This document shows, in pieces, positions 40,991 through 54,699 of a DNA stretch of 64,000 nt. Origin of the DNA: Eledone cirrhosa (taxonomy: Eukaryota); NCBI GenBank assembly GCA_964016885.1, contig OZ024743.1, positions 377,704,001-377,768,000 on the forward strand, in the 5' to 3' direction. Position numbers and translations under genes: made by a program. Under the pieces are notes generated by a model. The model saw only the letters and a list, made by a program, of their open reading frames with translations. It did no database searches and was not told the DNA's origin. Each line of letters begins with the position of its first letter. Within the stretch, counting starts at the first letter, position 1.

Positions 40991-41194
40991 TTATAACTAA
41001 AGATATGATTTTTTTTTTTTTTTTTTGGCTAAAATTCCATATACCATAATCACGGCCATAGAAAACCTATCTCTGTGCTGGGCCAATATCCTGATGTTGA
41101 ATACAGTAAAGGGCTATATTGTCAATGATAGAATTGAGTATCTCCGGAGACAGTCTCTCTGTGATGCTATATATACTGTTAATAATAATTATTT

Positions 41195-41375
41195 TTACTT
41201 TTGACACAAGGCTAACAATTATCCCAGTGCATTACTGGTACTTTATTTTATCGACCACGTAAGGATGAAAGGCAAAGTTAACCGCGAAGGGATTTGAACT
41301 CAGAACGTAAAGGCTCGTAACTCTGTGCTGCAAAGCATGGCGTCCGACCGCCTACCGTTACTGCCAATCCACTGT
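41195..41375 (-). mobile_element. tRNA-derived SINE
   Basis: Close copy of 32925-33110. Confidence 0.7.
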
Positions 41376-42289
41376 TAATAATAATACCTCATTCTTTATG
41401 CTGAGGATATATGAAAGGAATGTGATAGGTTCACAGGATGCCAGAAATACAAACTTAACACAGCTTCTTGACACCAAGAATATATATGGTATGAAGAAAA
41501 AACGTAACTTCGTTGATTTTCTCCAAATATATATGGATGGAGTTTTGGCGAGACAAATATTCCTCACACATGAATGTAGGGTGTAGGTCTGTGGTCTGGG
41601 GGGCCAAGAATGCCGTAATTCTCCACTGCTACAGGCTTAACCGCAAACCTATTGGAGAACATATAGTGGTACCAGCACTATATATATATATAGTGTTCGT
41701 GCCACCAAAATACACCCAGTCCATCCTGTAAGGTGGTTGACATTACTAAAGGTAGCCAGCCATAGAAAACCAGTCCAAAAATAGATTGTATGACCAAGAC
41801 ATGATCACCTTACATAACGACATTATATTGAGGGTAGCTGCTAACGATTGAATGTTAGCTTACTAGTTAAATAATTCCTTTTTAATTGGCGTTTTTCATT
41901 TATTTCAAGGCTGTCTCTTCTGTATTGAAAACATCTTATTAAATGTAGAGCTCAAAGTATTTATTGTGATCAAATATAAATACACAAAACAAAACAGATA
42001 CACGTACACACATCTGTGCTCTATATACAAAGAAAGCACACAGACGACATTTGCTGGTGAAGAAATACACACACACACACATCAATGTGTATCAATGTTA
42101 ATAAAATTGATTGAAAACAGACGACATTTGCTGGTGAAGAAATACACACACATACATATTAATGTGTGCGTGTGTATTTCTTCACAGGCAAATGTAGTCT
42201 GTTTTCAATCAATATTATTAACATTCATAGCCGCTTATTTTAGCGATCACTTTAAAGAGAAAATAAACTCTATATTATATGACACATAT

Positions 42290-42890
42290 TTATATATATA
42301 CATATCACACACACATAAATATGACAAAAAAAACTATTAAAAATAACACCACATCTCTCTAAAACCACCCAGTTTTGTAAAAAAATTGGGAATGTCAGTG
42401 AAATATTTCTTTCTTGTGTATTAGGCAATGAACGTAATAACTACGAAATCTCCCTCAAGCCATAGATACATTTAATGTGTCTGAAAATGAGAGGAATAGC
42501 ATTGAAATATACCGTTAATCACATATACAAGTCTTGGTCAAATCTACTTAAAATTTAAATTGATATATTACTTTCCAGCCCTGTAATTTATAATAAGTTT
42601 CTCTATACTTTAAGAAGTATCTGTATACAATTGCAATAAATAATATGAATTATTATGAAAGTTATGAACAAAATAAGTGATGTTACTATTTTAGTACTCA
42701 GGTAAATATTATGGTCAAAGGGAGATAAATATGAAACTTTCGACTGCTTGTGGACATGGAAATTGTTAGCAAAAATGCTAGAAACGTCAGCCGAACAATG
42801 AAATTTATATAAAATAAAATAGACACAACAGTTAAATCTCCATCAAATTATACATCGTATTATATTTTAGAATGATAGAAAGAGAACGCA
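42290..42890 (+). repeat. Local direct duplication of 45815-46390
   Basis: Long shared blocks, e.g. cgaaatctccctcaagccatagatacatttaatgt and taataagtttctctatactttaagaagtatctg. Confidence 0.9.
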
Positions 42891-42964
42891 AAACCCTTTT
42901 GTTTTGTTTTTTTTAATGATGAAACCAAGAAAAATATATTTCAATATACTTTAAAGTAAACGTT

Positions 42965-43179
42965 ATGGTGGATTGGCAGAGCGGTAGAACATCGGACACC
43001 ATGCTTCGCGGCATAGAGTTCATACCCTTTACATTCTCAGTTCAAATCACACCGAGCTTAGCATTGCTTTCATCCTTACAGCGTCGATAAAATAAAGTAC
43101 CAGTAATGCACTGGCGTCGATTTAATCGTCTTTCCCCTACTCAAGAAAATTGGTGGCCTTGTGCCTATGGGAGAAGCAG

Positions 43180-43180
<1 letters not shown>
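42965..43180 (+). mobile_element. tRNA-derived SINE
   Basis: A-box-like tggcagagcgg, B-box-like agttcaaatc, shared body gtcgataaaataaagtaccagt. Confidence 0.7.
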
Positions 43181-43257
<77 letters not shown>

Positions 43258-43283
43258 AGATCAAAAGATGGTTAAAGGAGTTC

Positions 43284-43365
43284 CATGTATTTTATTATGC
43301 GCATTTCAAAAACAAACATCATCATGCAATAATATTTGTGTTTTCATCAGATAAAACAGAACATG
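43284..43365 (-). ncRNA. Type I hammerhead ribozyme motif in a ~160-bp TA-flanked insert
   Basis: TGTTTTAT-CTGATGA-[AAAcACAAATATTAT tgcatg ATGATGTTTGTtTTT]-GAAA-TGCGC-ATA-ATAAAATA. Confidence 0.8.
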
Positions 43366-43412
43366 ATATGAAGGCTAAAAAACACTTGTGGATAGTGCAG
43401 TTTTAAATCAAC

Positions 43413-43479
<67 letters not shown>

Positions 43480-43489
43480 CATACATACT

Positions 43490-43574
<85 letters not shown>

Positions 43575-43923
43575 GTGTGAGTGCGTGTGTGTGTATGTAT
43601 GTATGCATGTATGTATATGTGTATATATAAACAGTATGTCCCCAAAAATGTATACATACTTTGATCAGAATGGTGTGTGTATACATTTTATGAGAACACT
43701 CCGTATATATATATATATAAACAGACAAACGTACACACATCTGTATACTGTAAACATATACACACACATTTATACAAAAAACATACAAACACGCTCACCA
43801 GCAAATGTCGTCTGTTTTCAATGAATTTTGTTAACATTGATAGCCGCTTACTTAGCAAGCTCTTTGGATATAAAATAAACTCTCTATCACCGAACGCACG
43901 CACACACGCACACACACACGTAC

Positions 43924-43961
<38 letters not shown>

Positions 43962-43980
43962 ACACACACGCACACACACG

Positions 43981-44037
<57 letters not shown>

Positions 44038-44383
44038 CCCCTTCTTCCTCCCGTTAGACCTCTGCGAAATTCCTTCCTTGCTCACATTTCAACCAGGTTT
44101 GATGGTCTTTATTCTCTCGTTCACGATTTCACCGAATTTAAATTCATAGAAATCTGGGACTAGTCTCCTTCTTCCTCACTTTCTGTTGCTTCACCATTTT
44201 GTTTGTTTACCCTCGCGTCCCCTTTATTTACGTGTCCCAACGACTTTGTTTAGCCGTTGCTCGCACCAACCGGAGGTATATGGTCTTTAAAGCGATGAAA
44301 TGCCTATGATGGTTGGAAGATCACTGATGAAGGACAAACTGTTTTCATATGTAACCCATTTGCAACTCCGCAGCGCCCTTATT

Positions 44384-44436
<53 letters not shown>

Positions 44437-44711
44437 TTTAGTTTTGTTGGTTCACCAATAGATAGAACTGGTCATTCCGTATGGTCAATCTCGATGTAAT
44501 ATTATGGAGAGCACTCAACGTAATGCAACTCACCCGTCTTCGTTTGTGTAGTTGGTGGTGCGAGTACGGAGTTAATTATTATAAAATAACAGGAGGCTGA
44601 GCTGGTGTAAATCCTTGAAAGGTTTATTATACTATGATCATCGGTCGTCCTCTTCTCTCTGATTTTCATCCCCATGGATTTTATCTGTTATATTCCTTTG
44701 TTCTATTTTGA

Positions 44712-44769
44712 ATACCTGATGATGTCACCGGATTCATACTGAACCCGGTCATTGAAATGATCATAGTAT
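44712..44769 (+). ncRNA. Type I hammerhead motif associated with a 60-bp inverted repeat (44581-44641 / 44757-44816)
   Basis: ATAC-CTGATGA-[tgtcACCGGaTTCA tac TGAAcCCGGTcatt]-GAAA-TGATC-ATA-GTAT. Confidence 0.72.
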
Positions 44770-44816
44770 AATAAACCTTTCAAGGATTTACACCATCCAG
44801 CCTCCTGTTATTTTAT

Positions 44817-44890
<74 letters not shown>

Positions 44891-44895
<5 letters not shown>

Positions 44896-45405
44896 CGGAA
44901 CAAGTAAACATTAAACAATCTTTTAAATAAATTAAAATACGATTTAAATATTTACCTCTTCTATTGCCATGACCGACGGTTTCACTTATCAAAAGATTGG
45001 AAATTCAGAGAATTTCCAATGGAAATATATAGCTCTTCAGATAGCTTTTCCAAACTTACTACATATAAATCCAAGTAAGTAGATGTATCGCTTTCTGCCT
45101 GGTGAATGAATCAAGCCGTTAAAATGACCCACACACAAATAGGCCGTTAAAAAAGCGGAAACTATAGACTCGTTGATATTTCATGTTACTAGAAATACCA
45201 GCATGATACAACATTTGTTTCTCTACATTAAGGAGAATTCAGATAAATGATATAGATATTCCAGTAGGTATTAAGTACCCACGGAAATATATATGGTGTC
45301 TATAATAATGGTTGTTCTATGGTACTAATTTGAGATACCTGAATGTAAATATGAGCGGAACAAGTAAACATTAAACAATCTTTTTAATTAATTAAAATAC
45401 GATTT

Positions 45406-45409
<4 letters not shown>
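44891..45409 (-). mobile_element. Retrozyme-like element: 460-bp unit with 59-bp terminal direct repeat and a hammerhead
   Basis: atgagcggaacaagtaaacattaaacaatc... at 44891 and 45351; motif 44966-45045 GCTAT-CTGAAGA-[stem II]-GAAAC-CGTCG-GTC-ATGGC. Confidence 0.75.
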
Positions 45410-45469
<60 letters not shown>

Positions 45470-45565
45470 CACACATGCATACACCCACACACACATACAC
45501 ACACACACATATATATATATACAACGATATTAAATAAATGGAAACTATATTTATAAAACCAGATT

Positions 45566-45630
45566 TATTTTATTATATATATTTCAAGGGTACCAAGACA
45601 ACATTGGTACGCTTTCATCAGATAAAATAC
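45566..45630 (-). ncRNA. Type I hammerhead ribozyme motif
   Basis: TATTTTAT-CTGATGA-[AAGcGTACCAA tgttgtc TTGGTACcCTT]-GAAA-TATAT-ATA-ATAAAATA. Confidence 0.82.
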
Positions 45631-45763
45631 AAAGTTTGTTTTATAATTAGAGACATACCCATGAAAATCATACCTTATCGGTTGGAAATTCACTGGATAG
45701 TGCTCTAAATCAGTTATAAACACTTATATTTGTCGGACTTCCAACAAATTAAATACCCCTTCT

Positions 45764-45814
<51 letters not shown>

Positions 45815-46393
45815 CACGCATATATAAATATGACAGAAAACCTACTAAAAATAACACTAAATCTCCCTCAAACCACCTGGTTTTGTAAAATACTGGGAAT
45901 GTCAGTAAATTATTTTTTTCTTGTGTCTTAGGCAATGCTTGAAATAATAACGAAATCTCCCTCAAGCCATAGATACATTTAATGTATCTGAAAATGAAAG
46001 GAAAAGCATTGAAATATACTGTTAATCATATATGACTTGGTCAAATCTACTTTACATTGATATATTACTTTCCGGCCCTGTAATTTATAATAAGTTTCTC
46101 TATACTTTAAGAAGTATCTGTATACAATTGCAATAAATAATATGAATTATTATGAAAGTTATGAACAAAATAAGTGATGTTATTATTTTAGTACTCAGGT
46201 AAATATCATGGTCAAAGGGGGATAAATATGAAACTTTCGACTGCTTGAAAACATGGAAATGGTTAGCAAAAATGCTAGAAACGGCAGCCGAACATTGAAA
46301 TTTATATAAAATAAAATGCTAGACACAACAGCCAAATCTCCATCAAATTATACATCGTATTATATTTTAGAATGATAGAAAGAGAACCCAGAA

Positions 46394-46465
<72 letters not shown>

Positions 46466-46469
<4 letters not shown>

Positions 46470-47090
46470 ATGTTTGCGTTAGTGTTTATTGTAGTGTTAG
46501 TTTTAGTGTTCAGGTTAGCATTAGTGTTAGTCTTCAGGTTAGCATTAGTGTTAGTCTTCAGGTTAGTGTTAGTATTAGTGTTAGTGTTAGCGTTACTGCT
46601 AGCGTTACTGTTACTGTTAGCGTTAGCGTTAGCGTTACTGTTAGCGTTCGGGTTAGCGTTAGCGTTCAGGTTAGTGTTAGTGCTAGTAATTGTGTTAGTG
46701 TTTGTTAGTGTTAATGTTTGTGTTAGCGTTAGTGCTAGTGTTAGCATTAGAGTTAATGTTTGTGTTAGTGTTTGTGGTGGTATTTGTGTTTATGGTAACG
46801 TTAGTGTTAGCGTTAGCGTTAGTTTTAGTGTTCGTTTTAGTGTTCAGGTTAGTGTTAGTGATAGTCTTAGTGTCAGTGTTAGTGATTGTGTTAGTGTTAG
46901 TGTTCGTGTTAGTGTTCAGGTTAATGTTCAGATTAGTGTTCTAATTAGCGTCAGTGTTCAGGTTAGTGTTAGTGATTGTGTTAGTGTTCAAGTTAGTGTT
47001 AGTGTTCAGGTTAGTGTTAGTTTCCATGTTAGTGTTCAGGTTAATGTTAGTGTTAAGTTAACTGTTAGGGTATGTGTTAGTGTAAGCAAG
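46466..47090. repeat. Degenerate (TTAGTG)n hexamer satellite
   Basis: Direct reading; paralog at 58230-59170. Confidence 0.9.
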
Positions 47091-47830
47091 TGTTATTTTA
47101 GTTTTGAATTAGGTTTTTTGCTTTCCAGGAAAAATAGTTGATTCTCTCCAACTTAAGTAGTGTGTTATAGTGTGGTATATTATAGTGTTTCATAGTGTTG
47201 TGTGGTGCGATGTGGTATTATATAGTGTAGTATAGTGTTTCATAGTGTGGTGTGGTGTGATATTGTGTGGTGTAGTGTGGCATAGTTTGATTATAATAAT
47301 ACAAATAATAAATGCTTCTACTTTTGGCACAAGGCCAGCAATTATCCCAGTAATAACATAAAGTACAGTAATAAGAATAAGAATAGTTATAATATTTATC
47401 CTCCTTATTCCTCTTCTTTGTCTTCTTCTGTACTTTTGCCTTCTTCTGTGCCTTTGCCTTCTTCTCCTCTTCCATCTGAATACCAAAAGCAAAGAATGTA
47501 AAACATATATATTGCCTCTCTCTTGGACTTTACGAAGTGCTGAGGAGATAAAGTTAATTTAATTTCATAACTAAAAAAACAATGTCAAACATCAACAAAA
47601 TATATACAAATATCCTTGAATGTTAAGTCCACTGTTAACATAAAGAGAAAACAGATATTATTTATAGATACAATGCTCATCTTTTACTGATATCAGACAA
47701 TGAACTGCGACCATGCCTGAGTCTCGCATCTATGAGTTTTAGTTGAAAATGACTGACTGTTGAGGGACGGAGGAGTGTTTTCCTTGCTCAGTTAATGTGA
47801 AACTGATTAATAAACACCCGAGAGCCAGAG
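47090..47830 (+). repeat. Direct duplication of 59180-60025
   Basis: Near-identical sequence; matching short ORFs in the track. Confidence 0.92.
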
Positions 47831-47832
47831 AT

Positions 47833-48205
47833 GCAGCTATTGCTGGTACTCACTCTCAGCTGAGTGTACTGGAGCGATGTGAAATAAAGTGTTTTGCTCA
47901 AGAACACAACACAGCAGCCGGTCCAGGAGTTGTACTGATGACATGATTGTACCGCAAGCATCATAACCATTAGGCCACGCGCCTTAAGAGAGATGTTCGC
48001 ATCATACAAAACCGAAAATTGACAATGGAATAGTAAGTACAGCAATAGAATAAGATTCATTGATACTCGTTTTATGAAATCAAAGGAGAAGAAAAACATC
48101 CCAGGTATGCTAACCTATCTGACTGCTATTTCTAGCAGATTGGGAGATAACCATAAGGGATTCTCCCTGCGTTTTCAGCGATGTTCATGTTTCCTGACCA
48201 GCGTC
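47833..48205 (-). repeat. Inverted duplicate of 63523-63893 (includes the head of a tRNA/CORE-like SINE)
   Basis: ORFs 47788-48099(-) and 63629-63919(+) are identical over most of their length. Confidence 0.92.
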
Positions 48206-48221
48206 ACACATTTATATGTAA

Positions 48222-49001
<780 letters not shown>

Positions 49002-49084
49002 TTACACTCTGCTTTGTACTACACCTCTATACTTACTGGAAACTACGCACCGAGTGCTCATTCTAGTTTGATTCAAACACAGAA

Positions 49085-49421
49085 TGGTGCACACAGTAGC
49101 GCACAAAAACGTGCACACAAAAATGCTCACATAAAATCGCACAAAAACGCGCACATAAAAGCGCACAAAAAAGAGCACGAAAATGCGCAGATAAAATCGC
49201 TCAAAAACGCGCACGTAAAATCGCACAAAACGTGAACATAAAACGCACAAAAAGTGCACATGAAAGCGCACAAAGACGCGCACAAACCGCCCACATAAAA
49301 TTGCACAAAACACACGCATATATATATAAATATATATATATATACATACTTACATATATATATATATATTCTATCCAGTGGTGAACCAACAAACCTAAAT
49401 ATATATATATATATACATACT

Positions 49422-49503
<82 letters not shown>

Positions 49504-52500
49504 TAGATAGATAGATAGATAGATATATATATAGATATATATATATATGTAAAAAAATATATATAAATATATTTAGGTTTGTTGGTTCACCACTGGATAG
49601 AAGCGCACAAAACGAACGCAGAAAAACGCGCACACAGATAAAACGCACCGTTTTATCTGCCCGTTTTTTCACAGTGTACGTGAAAGCGGACAAAGACTCG
49701 CACATAAAGTCGCACAAAACGCGCACAATAAATGCACATGAAAGCCCCAAAAAACGCAGAAAGTGTGCACATTAAAGCGCACAAAAACGCGCATATAAAA
49801 GAGCATATAGAAGCGCACAAAACGCGCACATAAAACGCACATAAAATGCATATGAAACCGCACAAAGACGCGCACAAAAACTCGCACAAAACTCGCACAA
49901 AAAAATGCACATGAAAGCACACAAAAACGCGCACATAAAATGCAAATATAAACGCACATAAAAGCGCCCACAAAAGTGCACAAAAAGTGCGCATGAAAGC
50001 GTACAAAAAGGTGCACGCAAAATCGCACAAATAGATGCGCATACAAAACGCAAAAAATGCACATGAAAGCGCACAAAAACGCGCCCATAAAAGCGCAAAA
50101 AAAGAACGCAAAATGCACAATCGCGCACATAAAATCGCACATAAAATCGTACACAAAAGCGCACATAAAACGCACAAAAAGTGCATATGGAAGCGCACAA
50201 AAAAGCGCACATAGAAGCGCACACAACGAACGCAGAAACGCGCACACAAGCACACAACAACGTGCAAAAAAACGGGCACATAAAACGCACAAACAGTGCA
50301 CATGAAAGCGCACATAAAATCGAACCAAACTCGCACATAAAACGCACAAAAACTGCCCACAAAAATGCACACAAAAACGCGCACATAAAGTACACAAAAA
50401 CGTACACATTATATCGCACAAAAGACACGCATGTAAAAGCGCACATAAAATTGCACAACGCGCGCATAAAACGCACAAAATGTGCACATAAAACGCACAA
50501 AAAATGCACATAAATGCACACAAAAACGCGCACATAATATTGCACAAAACGCGCACATATAATATCGCACACAAAAGCGCACATAAAACGCGCCATAAAA
50601 GACGCATAAAAGCCCACAAAAAGGCGCACATAGAAGCACACAAAAATCGCTCACATAAAAGCGCACAAAAATAACGCAGAAACGCGTACATGGAGGCGAA
50701 CAAAATCGCGCGCATAAAATAGCACAAAAATGCGCACAAAACGAACGCAGAAACGCGCACACAGAAGCACACAACAACGTGCACGCAAAAACGCGCACAT
50801 AAAACGCACAAAAACACTCAGATAAAATCGCACAAAACGTGCACATAAAATCGCACAAAACGCGCGCATAAAACGCACTAAAAATGCACATGAAAGCACA
50901 CAAAAACGCGCACATAAAAGCAACCACAAAAGTACACATAAAACGCACAAAAAAGTGCGCATGAAAACGTACAAATAAGCGCACATAAAAACGCACACAA
51001 AAACGAGCACATAAACCGCACATAAACTCACACAAAAGCCCGCAAAAAATGCGCACATAATAGTAGGCAAAAATAAGCACATAGAAGCGCACAATATGAA
51101 GGCGAAAAAACGCACACACAAATAAGGGCAGATAAAACGCACAGTGTATGTGAAAGCGCACAAAGACGCGTACATAAATTCGTATAAAACGCGCACATGA
51201 AAGCACGAAAAAACGCGCACATAAACGCACATAGAAAGATTGCACGTGAAAGCGCACAAAAACGCGCATATAAAAGTGCACATAGAAGCACACAAAACAA
51301 ACGCAGAAACGCGAACATATGAACGCACAAAAAATGCACGTCAAAGCACACAAAAACGCGCACATAAAATTGCACAAATAAACGCATATAAAAGCGCCCA
51401 CAAAAGTACACCTAAACGCACAAAAAGTGCGCATGAAAGCGTACAAAAAGGTGCACGCAAAATCGCACAAATAAGCGCAAATAAAAGCGCACACAAAAGT
51501 GCACATAAATCGTACAAAAACGAACACAGAAACGCGCACACAGAAGCACACAAAAACGCGCACATAAAACCGCACTAAACGCGCACATAAGCATGCACAT
51601 AAAAGCACACAAAAGCATGCACATTTAAAAAGCGCACAAAACGGACTCACAAAAGCAGAATGAAACGCACAAAAAATGCATATGAGAGCACCCAAAACGC
51701 GCACATAAAATTCCACAAAGCGCACACATAAAATCTACACAAAAGCACACATAAAACGCACAGAAACGCGCAAACAACGTGCAAACAAAAACGCGCACAT
51801 AAAACGCACAAACAGTGCACAAAAACGCGCACATAAAATCGCACAAAATGCGCACATAAAACGAACAAAATGCGCACATAAAACGCAAAAAAAGGCGCAT
51901 GAAAGCTAACAAAAACGCGCTAATAAAAGCGCAAAAAAGTGCACATAAAAGAGCACAAAAAGAACGCAAAAACGCAAAACGCACAAACACCCAAAAAATG
52001 CACATGAAAGCGCACAAGTACGCGCAGATAAAATTGCACAAAACGCGCACATAAAATCGCACACAAAGGCGTACACAAAATCGCACATAAAACGCACAAA
52101 AAGTGCACATGGAAGCGCACATAAAATACCACAAAAATGCGCACATAGAATCCCACAAAACGAACGCAGAAACGCGCACACAACAACGTGAAAACAAATA
52201 CGCGCACACAACAACGTGCAAACAAATACGCGCACATAAAACGCACAAACAGTGCACATGAAAGTGCACATAAAATCGAACCAAACTCGCACATAAAACG
52301 CACAAAAAATGCACACAAAAAACACGCACATAAATTGCACAAAAACGCCCATAAAATCGCACAAAAGACGCGCATGTAATAGCGCACAAAAACGCGCACA
52401 TAAAATTGCACATACCGCGCGCATGAAAGCGCACATAGAAGCGGTCGAAATCGCACACAAACACGCGCGCATAAAATCGCACAAAATGTGCATATAAAAC

Positions 52501-52805
52501 GCACCAAAAATGTACATGAAAGCACACAAAAACGCGCACATAATATTACACAAAACGCGCACATATATTATCGCACACATAAGCGCACATAAAACGCACC
52601 TGAAAAGGCGCATAAAAGCGCACAAAAATGCGCAGATAGAAGCGCACAAAATGAACGCAGAAACATAGAAGCACACAAAATTACACAAAACGCGCACATA
52701 AAATCACACACAAAGCGCACATAAAACGCACAAAAAGTGCACATGAAAGCGCACAAAAACGCGCACATAGAAGCGCATAAAACGAACGCAGAAACGCGCA
52801 CACAG
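49085..52805. repeat. Complex CpG-rich satellite (AAAACGCGCACAT-like 11-13 bp units)
   Basis: Strongly A/C-biased + strand; recurring longer blocks. Confidence 0.9.
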
Positions 52806-54340
52806 AAGTCCGGCCACAGAAAGAGTCTGGCCCTGGGACTTGTTGATGGACATAGCAAAACTGACCCGAAGCGGAAATTGGAGTCTTCGGAAGGTGAACG
52901 GAATGTATGCCCCGAGGGAATGAGAGGAATCTCGGAATGAAGACATCATCACCTTTTCCGCATCCAGAAAGGATTGTTGCCTCGATTATATGTGCCATCA
53001 ATTTTTTTACAGCCAGCCGTGTCCCGTTGCACAGTTTTGGTGGTTCCAAATTCCGCAGCAGCATTACAGGGGTGCCAACTTTAAGGAGAAGCATGTGAAG
53101 CGGTAGTCCTGGGGGCTCCAAAGAATTGAGGAACTCCGGAGGAAAGTTCACCACTTCATTGGGCTCTGGCATCGTGTCAACAGATTTGTAAGTGAAAAGG
53201 GAGTGCAGTAGTTGGTCGTTGGTTTTGTTAACAGCGACGTTTTTTGGAGCTAGCACTTCTCTTTCACACAACCATGCGTGGTTCTGGTAATTGTCTCTCA
53301 AATCTGGAAACACTTTGTCTTTCCGCTCCCCCGCAGAATTAACTGAGGTCGAAAATGGCCACACTTCCAGCTCTCCTGCAGCGTCCAGAGGTATTTTGCC
53401 GTCGCCAAGTTTCAAAATGTCCTGCGCAAATTCCGCGGACGTTTGGTCGCCATGTAATTGAGCTCTCATGTTGGTTGTAAGAATCAGTATACTGACATAG
53501 CGCTACAGAGGAGAGGACTTTAGGCATGCTTGGACCTCATCTACTCTTGTGCCTTTGGGAATGACGGGAAGAGTCTGCCTGAAGTCACCCGAAAGCAGAA
53601 GCGTAACACCTCCCATGGGAACCTGGCAGCCTCTGATGTCCTTTAGAGCTCTGTTTAATGCGTCCAGAGTTCTCTTATGGGCCATGGTGCACTCATCCCA
53701 CACAATGAGCTCACATCGTTTTAGGACTTGGCCCTGGTCGGGGGTCTTGCTGATGCTGCAAGTAGGCGTTTCTGACGTTGTTAAATTGAGAGGCAATTTA
53801 AAACTGGAGTGTGCGGTCCTGCCATCGGGCAACAAAGTGGCAGCAATTCCAGAAGAGGCAACAGCAACCGCAATGTCCTTGTGCATCCTGACTTTTGCAA
53901 GGAGGAGTCTCGTTAAAAATGTTTTGCCCGTCCCTGCAGGAGCATCCAGAAAGAACATACCACCATGGTCGGCAACAATGGTGTAAGCACGACGTTGGTC
54001 CGGAAGACGTTGTGGTTCAGTTTCAAGGACGTACTTGGTAAGAGCATTGACGTCGTAAGACGTTTCTCGGATAAGTGCTGTAGGAAGGACGTTTGACCCT
54101 CTACGGATTGTTTGGGGCAGACCAAATGAAGGCAAATAATTTCCGCCGAGTGATGAAACTCTATCCTCTATGTCAATCAATGCTAGATTGACCTCGTTGC
54201 TGGAATGTTCCATCTCAGGGTATTGCACTTGCGCCTGACGTTTGTAGTCCTCGGATAAGTCATCTTTATACTTGAGCCACAAAGAGATAGGATTACTCAG
54301 TTCGCAAGTTTGCAGCAGTACTGCAAATAGAGCTCGTAGG
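52806..54340 (-). pseudogene. Helitron RepHel PIF1-type helicase remnant with frameshifts/stops
   Basis: DAPAGTGKTF, VASSGIAATLL..GRTAHS, WDECTM, GDFRQTLPV, LLRNL..LCNGTR, RRLQFPLRVSFAMSINKSQGQTL across three ORFs. Confidence 0.93.
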
Positions 54341-54342
54341 CT

Positions 54343-54592
54343 CGTGGTTTTGTCTTTGCGTATAATTGTTTTTTATCGCTCCAAATAATGACGTATTATA
54401 TTCATTTTTTCCCGTTCTTTGCCAGGGAACGTTTCCACGAACCAAAGTATCGTCTTCCTGTCTTCCTCCGGTTGCAACGTTTTTTGAAATATTCACTTCT
54501 GCGTTCACAGATTGACTTTGTTAGTTTCAGAAGATCCCGTTAAGGGTGAAAGCAGCGATTCTTTGCTTAAACTTTAATCTGTTATTTTAATA
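54343..54592 (+). mobile_element. Family H1 hammerhead-bearing fragment
   Basis: Near-identical to 30948-31192; ends in (TA)n. Confidence 0.7.
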
Positions 54593-54598
54593 AATATA

Positions 54599-54677
<79 letters not shown>

Positions 54678-54699
54678 GGGTAGGGAGGTAGAACAATAT

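Noticed and set aside
43631-43706. Tiny imperfect inverted repeat resembling a Tc1/mariner MITE
   Set aside because: Too degenerate and single copy in the window
44320-44350. ctgatgaaggacaaact hammerhead 5' half
   Set aside because: No GAAA or stem III follows; counted only as a possible decayed remnant
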